From Eubacteriales bacterium (lineage in GTDB: Bacteria; Bacillota; Clostridia; Oscillospirales; CAG-382): a DNA stretch of 64,000 nt. The translations under genes were made by a program, and so were the position numbers. The DNA lies in contig JAZOBE010000015.1 in NCBI GenBank assembly GCA_045595785.1, forward strand, positions 6,989 to 70,988, in the 5' to 3' direction. The notes under the pieces were generated by a model. It was not told where the DNA came from. It searched no databases and was given only the letters and a program-made list of their open reading frames with translations. Below, in pieces: positions 38,069 to 47,223 of the stretch. Each line of letters opens with the position of its first letter. Position 1 is the first letter of the stretch.

Positions 38069-39574
38069 TTATTTACTTTCGGGCTTCATGGTGGGGAAGA
38101 ACAGTACGTCGCGTATAGCGGGACTGTCAGTAAGAAGCATTACCAGACGGTCAATACCGTATCCGATACCGCCCGTGGGAGGCATACCCAATTCAAGTGC
38201 GTAAAGGAAGTCCTCGTCAGTGGTGTTGGCTTCCTCATCGCCCTGGGCAAGCAATGCTTCCTGCGCCTTGAAGCGCTCGCGCTGGTCAATGGGATCATTA
38301 AGCTCGGAATATGCATTACACATTTCCCAACCGTTCATGAACATTTCAAAACGCTCAACGTAATCGGGATTACCGGGCTTTTTCTTGGTAAGAGGAGAAA
38401 TCTCAATAGGATGGTCCATTACGAAGGTAGGCTGTATAAGATGCTCTTCAACAAATTCTTCAAAGAACAGGTTAAGAATATCGCCCTTCAGATGACGCTC
38501 TTCATACTCAACGTGATGCTCCTTTGCAACGGCACGCGCCTGCTCAAGAGTGGTTATCTCGTTAAAATCAACGCCGGAGTACTTCTTTACTGCGTCTACC
38601 ATAGTGATACGCTCAAAGGGCTTGCCCAGATCCATTTCCACACCGTTGTATGTAATGGTAGTAGTGCCGAGCACTTCCTGCGCAACGTAACGGAACATAT
38701 TCTCGGTAAGATCCATCATACCGTGATAATCGGTATAAGCCTGATAAAGCTCCATAAGAGTAAACTCAGGGTTGTGTCTGGTATCCAGACCCTCGTTACG
38801 GAAAACTCTGCCTATCTCGTAAACCTTTTCCATGCCGCCTACTATAAGACGCTTAAGATAAAGCTCAAGAGAAATACGAAGCTTGATATCAAGGTCAAGT
38901 GCATTAAAGTGAGTGTTAAAGGGTCTTGCCGCCGCACCGCCTGCGTTGGACACGAGCATAGGAGTCTCAACCTCCATAAAGCCCTGTCCGTCAAGATACT
39001 TGCGGATCGCGCTTATTATCTTGGAACGGTTGATAAAGGTCTGCTTTACGTCTCCGTTCATAATAAGGTCAACGTAACGCTGACGGTATCTCATATCGGT
39101 ATTGGTAAGACCGTGGTATTTTTCGGGAAGGATCTGCAAGCTCTTGGAGAGGAGGGTTATCTTGGTTGCGTGGATAGATGTCTCGCCGGTCTTGGTTACG
39201 AAAACTTCGCCCTCGATACCGATAATATCGCCGATATCAAGCTTTTTGAACTGTTTGTACTCTTCCTCGCCGATACTGTCTCTTGCCACGTAGGACTGGA
39301 TAGTGCCCTGCAGGTCCTGAATATTGCAGAAGGATGCCTTACCCATAACGCGCTTGGACATCATTCGTCCAGCAACGGAGACCTTCTTGCCTTCATAAGA
39401 AGCAAGATCGTTCTTTATCTGTGTGCTATGGTGGGTCTGGTCATACTTTGTTATCTCAAAAGGGTCATTGCCGCTCGCCTGCAGCTCTGCAAGCTTTTCA
39501 CGGCGGACACGGATAAGTTCGTTTACGTTAACGGTGCTTTCTCCGCCTTGAGCCTTTACGTTTTCGTTTTCCAT
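38069..39574 (-). CDS. lysS: Lysine--tRNA ligase (class II)
   Basis: [30 protein letters not shown]...HNPEFT, YSELNDP, GMPPTGG.G.GIDRL. Confidence 0.98.
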   Translation of the reverse strand: MENENVKAQGGESTVNVNELIRVRREKLAELQASGNDPFEITKYDQTHHSTQIKNDLASYEGKKVSVAGRMMSKRVMGKASFCNIQDLQGTIQSYVARDSIGEEEYKQFKKLDIGDIIGIEGEVFVTKTGETSIHATKITLLSKSLQILPEKYHGLTNTDMRYRQRYVDLIMNGDVKQTFINRSKIISAIRKYLDGQGFMEVETPMLVSNAGGAAARPFNTHFNALDLDIKLRISLELYLKRLIVGGMEKVYEIGRVFRNEGLDTRHNPEFTLMELYQAYTDYHGMMDLTENMFRYVAQEVLGTTTITYNGVEMDLGKPFERITMVDAVKKYSGVDFNEITTLEQARAVAKEHHVEYEERHLKGDILNLFFEEFVEEHLIQPTFVMDHPIEISPLTKKKPGNPDYVERFEMFMNGWEMCNAYSELNDPIDQRERFKAQEALLAQGDEEANTTDEDFLYALELGMPPTGGIGYGIDRLVMLLTDSPAIRDVLFFPTMKPESK

Positions 39575-39582
39575 ATTTTCAC

Positions 39583-40056
39583 CTACTTGGATATGGACAT
39601 TACGGTATACTTAACGATACCGCCGGGGGTCTCAACGTTGATAGAATCGCCTACGCGCTGACCGAGAAGTGTCTTACCAAGAGGGCAGTCATCAGAGATC
39701 TTGCCTTCAAGAGGGTCGGATTCGGTAGAACCAACTATACGGTATTCTTCCTCCTGCTCGGTAGCAAGGTTGTAGATCTTTACAGAGTTACCAACGCTTA
39801 CCTTATCGGTTTTAATGTCCTTGTCATCAAGGATTGTTGCATTTTCGAGGGTTACCTCAAGCATAGCGATACGGCTTTCGATTTCCGCTTGCTCGTTCTT
39901 TGCCTCATCGTATTCGCTGTTTTCGGAAAGGTCGCCGAAGGAGCGTGCCCTTTGAATAGCCATAGCAACTTCTTTACGCTTTACTGTTTTAAGATGCTCC
40001 AGCTCGTGCTCAAGCTTCTGGTAGCCTTCCTTGGATACAAAAATCTGCTTTGCCAT
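39583..40056 (-). CDS. greA: Transcription elongation factor GreA
   Basis: [34 protein letters not shown]. Confidence 0.97.
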   Translation of the reverse strand: MAKQIFVSKEGYQKLEHELEHLKTVKRKEVAMAIQRARSFGDLSENSEYDEAKNEQAEIESRIAMLEVTLENATILDDKDIKTDKVSVGNSVKIYNLATEQEEEYRIVGSTESDPLEGKISDDCPLGKTLLGQRVGDSINVETPGGIVKYTVMSISK

Positions 40057-40082
40057 TTTGTTACCTCTTAATATATGTGAAA

Positions 40083-41309
40083 TTATTTTTTATCTTCGTT
40101 TTTAACTGCTTTAACTGCTTTCAGCGCCTTCTGAAGCTGAACGTCCTCTTCGTCGGTCATCTGGTAGTATTTGTTTGCAATCTCCTCAGGCAGGTCAATC
40201 TCAATATCGGGGACAATGCCTATACCCTCATAGTTAACACCGCAGGGAGGATTATAGAAATAAGTGGAAATTCTTACACCGCTTCCGTCCTCAAGGGTGA
40301 TAAGACTCTGCATCTCGCCCTTGCCATAGGTGGTAGTTCCTACGGTTACCGCCATATCGTAATCACGTAAAGCAGCGGTAAACAGCTCTGCCGCAGATGC
40401 GGTATTACCGTTAATAAGCACTGCCATAGGCGCATCGAGGGACTCTTTATCGGTAGAGGAGAAGGTTTGAATTACAGTTCCGTTTTTATCGCTGGCGGTA
40501 AGAATGGTTCCCTTGGGGAGAAGCATATCCAAAACCTCAACAATTGCATTAAGGTCTCCGCCGCCGTTATTACGCATATCAAATACGTAGTATTTTACGT
40601 TGTCCTTCTTTGCGCTCTCAAGCGCCTTGCGGAAATCGTCTGCCGTGGTCTGGGTGAACTGAAGCACCTCAATAACCGCAGTATCGTCTATACATCTGTA
40701 GAAAACGCTGACATTCTCGACCTTTCTTCTGGTCATTGTAACGTCCTTGCTTTCGCCGTTACGGAGTATCTTCAAAGTAACGGATGTGCCCGCCTCACCT
40801 TTAACGGCGTTAACAGCCTTGAAATACGTTTCTTCGGAAACCGCAACGTCTTCAACCTGTGTGATAATATCACCCACAAGCAGACCTGCTTCCATAGCGG
40901 GGGAATCGGGGAACACGGTTATAATATAAATACCGCCGGTCTCCGCATCAAAGGAGACCTGCACGCCGATACCCACATAGCTTCCTTCGGATGTGGACAG
41001 ATATTCTGCCATTTCCTCGGAGGTGTGGTACATAGTGTATTTATCGCCCAGCGCCGCAAGATATGCGGAGCATACCGCGTCGGAAAGGGCTTCTTCATCT
41101 ATATCGCCAACAAAGTAATCCTTTGCAATCTTTTCAATTTCGCTTAGTTTAGCATACATTCCTTCGTATTCGGCGCTGCTTCCGCCCTTCAGGGATGCTA
41201 TTTCATCTCTGTAGGCAATATTCAGCGCGGTAGAGGTGGCAAGATAGGTTACTGCACACAGCACCAGTGCCACTGCGATACTTATCCAAAGCGAAACTTT
41301 TTTGTTCAT
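40083..41309 (-). CDS. S41 family carboxy-terminal processing protease (PDZ domain)
   Basis: GIG.V PDZ loop, DMRNNGGG, TASAAE, TYGKG, GIVPD; N-terminal TM segment. Confidence 0.92.
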   Translation of the reverse strand: MNKKVSLWISIAVALVLCAVTYLATSTALNIAYRDEIASLKGGSSAEYEGMYAKLSEIEKIAKDYFVGDIDEEALSDAVCSAYLAALGDKYTMYHTSEEMAEYLSTSEGSYVGIGVQVSFDAETGGIYIITVFPDSPAMEAGLLVGDIITQVEDVAVSEETYFKAVNAVKGEAGTSVTLKILRNGESKDVTMTRRKVENVSVFYRCIDDTAVIEVLQFTQTTADDFRKALESAKKDNVKYYVFDMRNNGGGDLNAIVEVLDMLLPKGTILTASDKNGTVIQTFSSTDKESLDAPMAVLINGNTASAAELFTAALRDYDMAVTVGTTTYGKGEMQSLITLEDGSGVRISTYFYNPPCGVNYEGIGIVPDIEIDLPEEIANKYYQMTDEEDVQLQKALKAVKAVKNEDKK

Positions 41310-41342
41310 GCGTTTATTACCTCATTAACAAGTGCGGGAAAA

Positions 41343-42644
41343 TTATTTTTTTCTGGGGTCTTCTGCGGGGTAGAATTTCTTTACGTAATATCCGTCGGGC
41401 AGATAATTGTCGGGGTTAAGGTAAGAGCCGTTAACCAAAACGGAAAAATGCAGATGGTTTCCGGTAGAATCACCGGTAGAACCTACTTTTCCTATCTGCT
41501 GTCCGCGTTTAACGTTGTCACCAACCTTTACGGCAAGGGAGTTCTTTTGCATGTGCGCGTAAAGGGAGGATACGCCTTCTCCGTGGTAAATAACTACGTA
41601 ATATCCGTAGCTGTTATGCCATTTTGCGGTGGTTACCACGCCGTCGCATACTGCAAGCACTGCGTTGCCGCCGCCTGCCGCAATATCAAGACCGCTGTGG
41701 TGTTTATATCCTCTTCCCAGAGGGTCGTCACGCCATCCGAAATAAGAGGTTATGTAATACCATACGCCGGATTTAAGGGGCCAGCCGAAAGCGGAAAGAT
41801 TGTTCTGGTAGTTAAGAATTGCTTCCTTTGCCGCGTCTATGGCTTCCTTAAGTATCTCTGCAGCGTCAGCAAGCTCTTTTGCCTGCTTTTCTGCTTCCTG
41901 CTCCCGAAGTATCTGCAGATCATAGGTCTCTTCAAGCTCTTTTTTCAAAGCATCCATTTGTGCTTGCTTTTCATCAATTTCTGCCTGCTGCTCGTCAAGC
42001 ATATCGGTGTAATAGGAAAGGTTGTCCAGTGCGGAATTGTACTGGTCCTGCAGGGAATGAAGCTCATTTTCTATTTTTTCAAGAGCTTGCGCAATAGTAT
42101 CATTATACTCAATTATGTTGTCGAAATACTGCACACGGGAAAGAAACTGTTCAAAATCTTTACTGTTAAGCAATATTTCCACGTTGGTGTTGGAGCCGTT
42201 TTCATACTTGTATCTGAGAACGATGGCATACAGCTCAAGAGTTTCCTCCAGCTTGCCGTTCTGCTCGTCAATAAGAGACTGGTAGTAGTCCTGTCTCTCC
42301 TTGTACGCATCAAGCAGATAACGGGTTATCTCCATCTCGGCGTTTATATACTCCTGCTCTTCCTCAAGAATGCTGTACTGAAGGTCCAATTCCTGAAGCT
42401 TGCTGGTAGTCTCGCCCAACTGCTTAAGATATTCCTGTCTGCGTTTTTCAGCCGCCTTGCGCTCCGCTTCCTTAGCGTTATACTTTTGCTGTGCGGCTTC
42501 AAGCTCTTTTTCAAGATCTTCGAAAGTCTTTGCATCTGCTTCGGTAACGGCAACAGAAGGTGCCTCGCAAAAAGCGGGAAGCAGCATTGCAAAAGCAAGC
42601 AGCAGACATACGAAAAATGTTTTTTTAAGATAATAACGTTTCAT
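41343..42644 (-). CDS. Coiled-coil plus M23 peptidoglycan endopeptidase (EnvC/CwlO-like FtsEX partner)
   Basis: Signal peptide from ATG 42644, long coiled coil, HSGLD, YAH, STG.STGNHLHF with intact Zn ligands. Confidence 0.9.
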   Translation of the reverse strand: MKRYYLKKTFFVCLLLAFAMLLPAFCEAPSVAVTEADAKTFEDLEKELEAAQQKYNAKEAERKAAEKRRQEYLKQLGETTSKLQELDLQYSILEEEQEYINAEMEITRYLLDAYKERQDYYQSLIDEQNGKLEETLELYAIVLRYKYENGSNTNVEILLNSKDFEQFLSRVQYFDNIIEYNDTIAQALEKIENELHSLQDQYNSALDNLSYYTDMLDEQQAEIDEKQAQMDALKKELEETYDLQILREQEAEKQAKELADAAEILKEAIDAAKEAILNYQNNLSAFGWPLKSGVWYYITSYFGWRDDPLGRGYKHHSGLDIAAGGGNAVLAVCDGVVTTAKWHNSYGYYVVIYHGEGVSSLYAHMQKNSLAVKVGDNVKRGQQIGKVGSTGDSTGNHLHFSVLVNGSYLNPDNYLPDGYYVKKFYPAEDPRKK

Positions 42645-42664
42645 AAATATAGATAAGGTCTCCG

Positions 42665-43639
42665 TTAAACCTTCAGATACTTCCTTATGGAAATAAGACT
42701 TCCTACCAGACCTGCGTAAACACCTATGATAGCAAACGCTGCGGCAATAAACCAAACGTATTCGCTGAAGGGTGCAATAGTTATCGCTTCAAAACGGCGT
42801 ACAACACCGCTTATTACCTGAGAATACAAATAATATTCAATTCCCAGCGCAATAGCCGCAGATACAAGACCTACCGTAACGCTCTCAATAACGAAAGGAG
42901 TGCGTATAAAGGAGTTGGTTGCGCCAACATAGCGCATTATCTGTATCTCCTCACGGCGGGAGTGCAGTCCCAGTCTGGTGGAGTTTATTATAATAAATAA
43001 GGAAACTACAAACAAAGCTATCAACAGCCACAACGCAACGGTAGTAAGAACACCCTTGATGTTGGTAAGACTGTCATACAGCTCAATGTCCTCTTTGATA
43101 TTCTCTTCCGCAAAGCCCATTTCTTCAATAGCTTTCTTTATGTAACGGATATTTTCGGTATCCGTCTCGGATTCAAAGGTTATGCGGTAAGAGGCGCGGA
43201 GAGGATTGTTCGTCTCCGCATCAAACCATTTCAGGAATTCTGCGTCTGCACCTTCGGAATTTTTGAATTCCTCAAAGGCTTCTTCCTTGCTCATATAAGA
43301 CACTTCCACAACGTGCTCAAGTGCTTTTATGGCGTTAATGGTCTTTTCGTCGTATTCGTAAATATTGTATTCCGATTTTTCGGTCTCTTCGGTATCGCTT
43401 ACGTCTGCGTCTGTGCTTTCTTCGCTTTCAGGTGCATCGTCCAGCCAGACTATCATTTTATTAACCTCATCCAAGGCTTTGAAATTACGGTTAATATTAT
43501 CGATCACCAAAGCAAACGTTCCCGTAACTACCATACAGCAAATAAGCACCAGCATACTTGCGGTAGTCATTACCGGATTGCGGAATATTCCTTTTATGCC
43601 TTGTCCCACGTGGTAGAAAAAGGTGCTGAATAATCTCAT
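42665..43639 (-). CDS. ftsX: Cell division permease FtsX
   Basis: SKEEAFEEF, NPLRAS, RREEIQIMRYVGAT..FIRTPF..E; acidic insert in the extracellular loop. Confidence 0.94.
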   Translation of the reverse strand: MRLFSTFFYHVGQGIKGIFRNPVMTTASMLVLICCMVVTGTFALVIDNINRNFKALDEVNKMIVWLDDAPESEESTDADVSDTEETEKSEYNIYEYDEKTINAIKALEHVVEVSYMSKEEAFEEFKNSEGADAEFLKWFDAETNNPLRASYRITFESETDTENIRYIKKAIEEMGFAEENIKEDIELYDSLTNIKGVLTTVALWLLIALFVVSLFIIINSTRLGLHSRREEIQIMRYVGATNSFIRTPFVIESVTVGLVSAAIALGIEYYLYSQVISGVVRRFEAITIAPFSEYVWFIAAAFAIIGVYAGLVGSLISIRKYLKV

Positions 43640-44358
43640 TACTCGTTACCTCCTTCACTGGCAGGTGCGCTCTCGCTCTTTTCGGCAACCTGAACGGCAG
43701 GCTTGTCGCTCTTAATATGACCGTTTTCGATGGTAATAACTCGCTTGTTGTAATAATTAACCAGATTATGGTCGTGAGTTACAACAATAACCGTTTTATC
43801 CATCTTGTTTATACGCATAAGCAGGTCAAATATCTCTCTGCTCATCTTAGGGTCAATGTTACCGGTAGGCTCGTCCGCAATAATAACGTCAGGATTGTTG
43901 ACCAGCGCTCTCGCAATAGCGATACGCTGTCTCTCACCGCCGGACATCTTTTCGGGATAGCTTTTTGCACGGTTTGCCAGACCTACAAGGCTAAGCACGT
44001 GAGGCACGCGTTTTTTAATAACCGAAGGTCTTTCACCAACCACGCGCATTGCAAACGCCACGTTTTCATATACGGTCTTGTTGTCAAACAAGCGGAAATC
44101 CTGGAACACCACACCCATGGAACGGCGCAGCTTGGGTATTTTATATTTTCTCAGGCGATGAAGCTTGAAATTGTTAACGTACAACTCGCCGTCAGAAACC
44201 TTTTCCTCTGCCAGAAGCAGCTTTGTCAGCGTAGTCTTACCTGCGCCGGACTGACCGACGATAAAGACGAACTCCTTGTCGCCTATAGTGAGATCCACGT
44301 TACGCAAAGCGGCATTGCCGTCAGGGTATATCATGGATACGTTTTTGAATTCTATCAT
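43639..44358 (-). CDS. ftsE: Cell division ATP-binding protein FtsE
   Basis: GQSGAGKTT, VFQDFRL, SGGERQR, IADEPTGN.D, VTH. Confidence 0.96.
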   Translation of the reverse strand: MIEFKNVSMIYPDGNAALRNVDLTIGDKEFVFIVGQSGAGKTTLTKLLLAEEKVSDGELYVNNFKLHRLRKYKIPKLRRSMGVVFQDFRLFDNKTVYENVAFAMRVVGERPSVIKKRVPHVLSLVGLANRAKSYPEKMSGGERQRIAIARALVNNPDVIIADEPTGNIDPKMSREIFDLLMRINKMDKTVIVVTHDHNLVNYYNKRVITIENGHIKSDKPAVQVAEKSESAPASEGGNE

Positions 44359-44380
44359 AATATAATCATCACTCCGGTGA

Positions 44381-45471
44381 TCAATACATCATAGGCTTGG
44401 AGGTAACGTACTTCTTAACCATAAGTGCTACCTTAAAGGTTATTGCGTTGTCAAACTCACGCAGGTCAAGTCCCGTAACCTTCTTTATCTTCTCAAGTCT
44501 GTAAACGAGAGTGTTTCTGTGTACGAACAGCTTTCTGGAAGTTTCGGACACGTTAAGATTATTCTCAAAGAACGTTTGAATAGTGATAAGCGTTTCTTGA
44601 TCCAACGATTCGAACGCGCCCTTCTTGAACACCTCGTAAGGAACATCTCACACAGAGTGGTGGGAAGCTGGTATATAAGTCTGCCGATACCGAGACTCTC
44701 GTAATTAATAGTGGACTTTTCGGTATCAAACACCTTACCTACCTCAAGTGCTACTTGAGCATCCTTGAAGGAACGTGCCAGATCCTTAACGGTGTTTACT
44801 ACCGTACCGATACCGACGGTTGCTTTAACGAGAAATTCCGTCTCAGCAGTATCAACTATCATCTTAGCGAAATTATCAACGTTGCGCAGGTCAGACGCAC
44901 TGCGAAGCTCTTTAACAAGAACTATATCCGTCTCGCTTACTCCGATAACGTAATCCTTTGTCTTATCGGGGAAGAGATTCTGAACTATATCAAAGGGAAT
45001 GGTTGCGCCCTCGTTACCGACAGCAAAGCGTGCAAGATATACCACACGGGGTATCTCCGCATCAAAATGAAGCTCTTTGGATTTGATATAGATATCGCTG
45101 GGGAGAATATTATCAAGAATAATATTCTTTATAAAGTTAGTCTTATCATACTTCTCGTCGTAAAGAGACTTTACGCTGGAGAGTGCAACGGCAATCATCG
45201 AGGATGCGCTCTTCGCCTTTTCGTCAACACCCTCGGTAAATACAACGTATTCTATTCTTGCGTGTGTGCCGACAGGTCTGTAGGTATATCCGTCAAGCAC
45301 CACAGTGTCAAAGGAATAGGACATTTCGTCCAGCGCTTCTTTGCGCGATTCACCGATGCGGGAAAGTGTGCTGCATGCAATAACTACACCCTTATCGTCG
45401 AGTACGCCTACGGTGCGCTCCACCGCTTCTTTCATTTGATAAATGAGTCCTTGAAACAATTTACTGGACAT
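44381..45471 (-). pseudogene. CdaR/PucR family transcriptional regulator split by a 1-nt frameshift (true pseudogene or sequencing error)
   Basis: The 328-aa ORF turns into non-homologous sequence after CEMFL. The PucR-type HTH (FFENNLNVSETSRKLFVHRNTLVYRL) continues in the -1 frame; one base is missing at about 44637/44638. Confidence 0.85.
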
Positions 45472-45510
45472 TGTTCTGCTCCTTTACATATTTTTAGTCA
45501 TATACGCTTT

Positions 45511-45539
45511 ATTTTACAACATATTCGCCAAAAATTCAA
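45511..45539 (-). promoter_or_regulatory. sigmaA promoter of the cdaR-ftsEX operon
   Basis: TTGAAT-17 nt-TAAAAT on the minus strand. Confidence 0.55.
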
Positions 45540-45596
45540 GTGCTTTTTCTACATTTTAACTAAAAAAACGCTGTAAATTTGTTAATTTTACTTGAA

Positions 45597-46346
45597 CTAC
45601 CGTTCTTCAGCAAGTACGGATAGGGCAGACAGGACGTAAAGCCCTGCCGTTTCGGTTCTGAGTATGCGTTTTCCCAATCCCGCAAGGGGTATATTCTTGT
45701 CTTTGGCAAGCTGTATCTCACCTGCTGATATGCCGCCTTCGGGTCCGATATAAAAGGTTACGCTGTTAATACTGCCTTCGTGTCCGTCTATTATGCTGCG
45801 GCAGTGGACCGTACCGTCGCCTTCATAGCATATAAACTTGAGGTCGGCTTTGGAAAGCTCCTCGGTCATCTGCTTGAAGGAGATCATATTTCTCACCTCA
45901 GGAACTATTCCACGTCCGCATTGTTTTGCCGCTTCTGCGGCAATACGGTTAAGGCGCACCACTTTTTTTTCCATAGACTTATCGTCAGGACGGGACACGG
46001 CTCTCTCGCACATAACGGGAACGATTTCGGTTGCACCCAATTCCACAGCCTTTTGCACTACGGTATCCAATTTGTCACCCTTGGGCATACCCTGATACAG
46101 AGTTACGGTATATGGCGGCTCGGCAGGGGAAGGACGGCAGTTGGAAAGCGAGACCTCTGCCTCGTCTGCCGAAACGTATTCAAGAACGCCGTCATAAATA
46201 TTTTTCTGCATATCGCATACGGTGATCATATCGCCCTCACGAAGACGGAGAACACGGTATATGTGGTTTGCGTCGGTTCCGGTGATGGTGACAGAGTCTC
46301 CGCGGAACTCGCTTTTTGATATAAAAAATCTGGGTGTTGAAGACAT
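45597..46346 (-). CDS. rsmE: 16S rRNA m3U1498 methyltransferase RsmE
   Basis: HIYRVLRL, QKAVELG, EAAKQCGR, IGPEGG, LGKRILRTETA. Confidence 0.96.
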   Translation of the reverse strand: MSSTPRFFISKSEFRGDSVTITGTDANHIYRVLRLREGDMITVCDMQKNIYDGVLEYVSADEAEVSLSNCRPSPAEPPYTVTLYQGMPKGDKLDTVVQKAVELGATEIVPVMCERAVSRPDDKSMEKKVVRLNRIAAEAAKQCGRGIVPEVRNMISFKQMTEELSKADLKFICYEGDGTVHCRSIIDGHEGSINSVTFYIGPEGGISAGEIQLAKDKNIPLAGLGKRILRTETAGLYVLSALSVLAEER

Positions 46347-46376
46347 AATGTAATTCCTCCCTTAAAGGATGATGTA

Positions 46377-46464
46377 ATTTTAACAAACAGGGCGGTAAAT
46401 GTCAATAACAGCGGAAAGGTTAAGCAAGGAATATATTGACATAAAGGAATTTTTGTTGTAAAAT
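46377..46464. promoter_or_regulatory. Back-to-back sigmaA promoters for rsmE (-) and DUF1292/6S (+)
   Basis: TTGACA-17 nt-TAAAAT on each strand (+ copy at 46436-46464). Confidence 0.6.
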
Positions 46465-46493
46465 ACGGATAGAATAATGTGGAGGTTAGATAT

Positions 46494-46784
46494 ATGGATT
46501 ACAATGAATTTAACACTGTTACTCTTATAGATGAAGACGGTGTTGAGACCGAGTTTGAAGTTCTCGGCACTCTTGAAGATGAGGGCAATACTTACGTTGC
46601 ACTCGCTCCCTGTGACAGTCAGGAAAATGAATTTGTCGTTCTCAAGATAGTTGTTGGTGAAGACGGTGAGGAAAACCTCATTACTATTGATGATGACGAT
46701 GAGTTTGACAAGGTTTCCCAGATGTTTGAGGATTGCTTCATGGATGAATGCGACCTGGACGAGGAGCCTGAGGAAGTAGACTAA
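46494..46784 (+). CDS. DUF1292 domain small acidic protein
   Basis: VTLIDEDG.ETEFEVL...YVALAP...LITIDDDDEFDKV...F; GGAGG RBS. Confidence 0.88.
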   Translation: MDYNEFNTVTLIDEDGVETEFEVLGTLEDEGNTYVALAPCDSQENEFVVLKIVVGEDGEENLITIDDDDEFDKVSQMFEDCFMDECDLDEEPEEVD

Positions 46785-46796
46785 GAAAGAATATCT

Positions 46797-47022
46797 CTCC
46801 TGCGGTGTGCGTGGTCGGTGCGGTAAAACCAAACCTTCCCGTGTAAAAACCCACATTTACGAAAGGGAGTCTGAAGAATCTTTGGGCGTGGTGAAGCAGG
46901 CCTCCCGTATTACGGCTGTCTTTGACCCCGTTGATACGGATGTTGGAAGCACTAAAGCGCACAATAGGACACCCACCTGCTCATAGCAGGGTTTCGTTCA
47001 CGGGACACGGCACTGCGGGGTT
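46797..47022 (+). ncRNA. ssrS: 6S RNA
   Basis: Terminal stem CCTGCGGTG / CACTGCGGG; Firmicute 6S signatures GGGAGTC and GGACACCCACCTGCT-CAT-AGCAGG, ACGGCAC. Ends approximate. Confidence 0.85.
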
Positions 47023-47073
47023 CACCATTGGTCTCTTTTGACGCAAAGCGAAAAAATGAAGAGTTTTGGGGGC

Positions 47074-47103
47074 AGAGATCCGTGAAAACGGATTTCTTTT
47101 TTT
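47074..47103 (+). terminator. Intrinsic terminator downstream of 6S RNA
   Basis: AGAGATCCGT-GAAA-ACGGATTTCT followed by a T-run. Confidence 0.75.
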
Positions 47104-47170
47104 ATTAAAATACTGCGGCGGCTCGCATATCCCATAAGCTCCTGCCGCTTTATTTGCCCGACACAAAAAC

Positions 47171-47195
47171 AAAAGCACCGTAAAACGGTGCTTTT
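47171..47195 (-). terminator. Terminator of ispH-rpsA
   Basis: AAAAGCACCGT-AAA-ACGGTGCTTTT. Confidence 0.8.
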
Positions 47196-47223
47196 ATTGT
47201 TTTCAGATAACTATGCGTTTTAA

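Noticed and set aside
44625-44650. Programmed -1 frameshift in the CdaR-family gene
   Set aside because: No slippery heptamer or evident stimulatory structure; a simple 1-nt deletion explains it.
47105-47165. GC hairpin between two terminators as a possible sRNA or MITE
   Set aside because: Single weak stem, with no promoter, second copy or target-site duplication seen.
46738-47178. Short minus-strand ORFs of 74 and 65 aa
   Set aside because: They overlap the 6S RNA and terminators and have no protein-like features.
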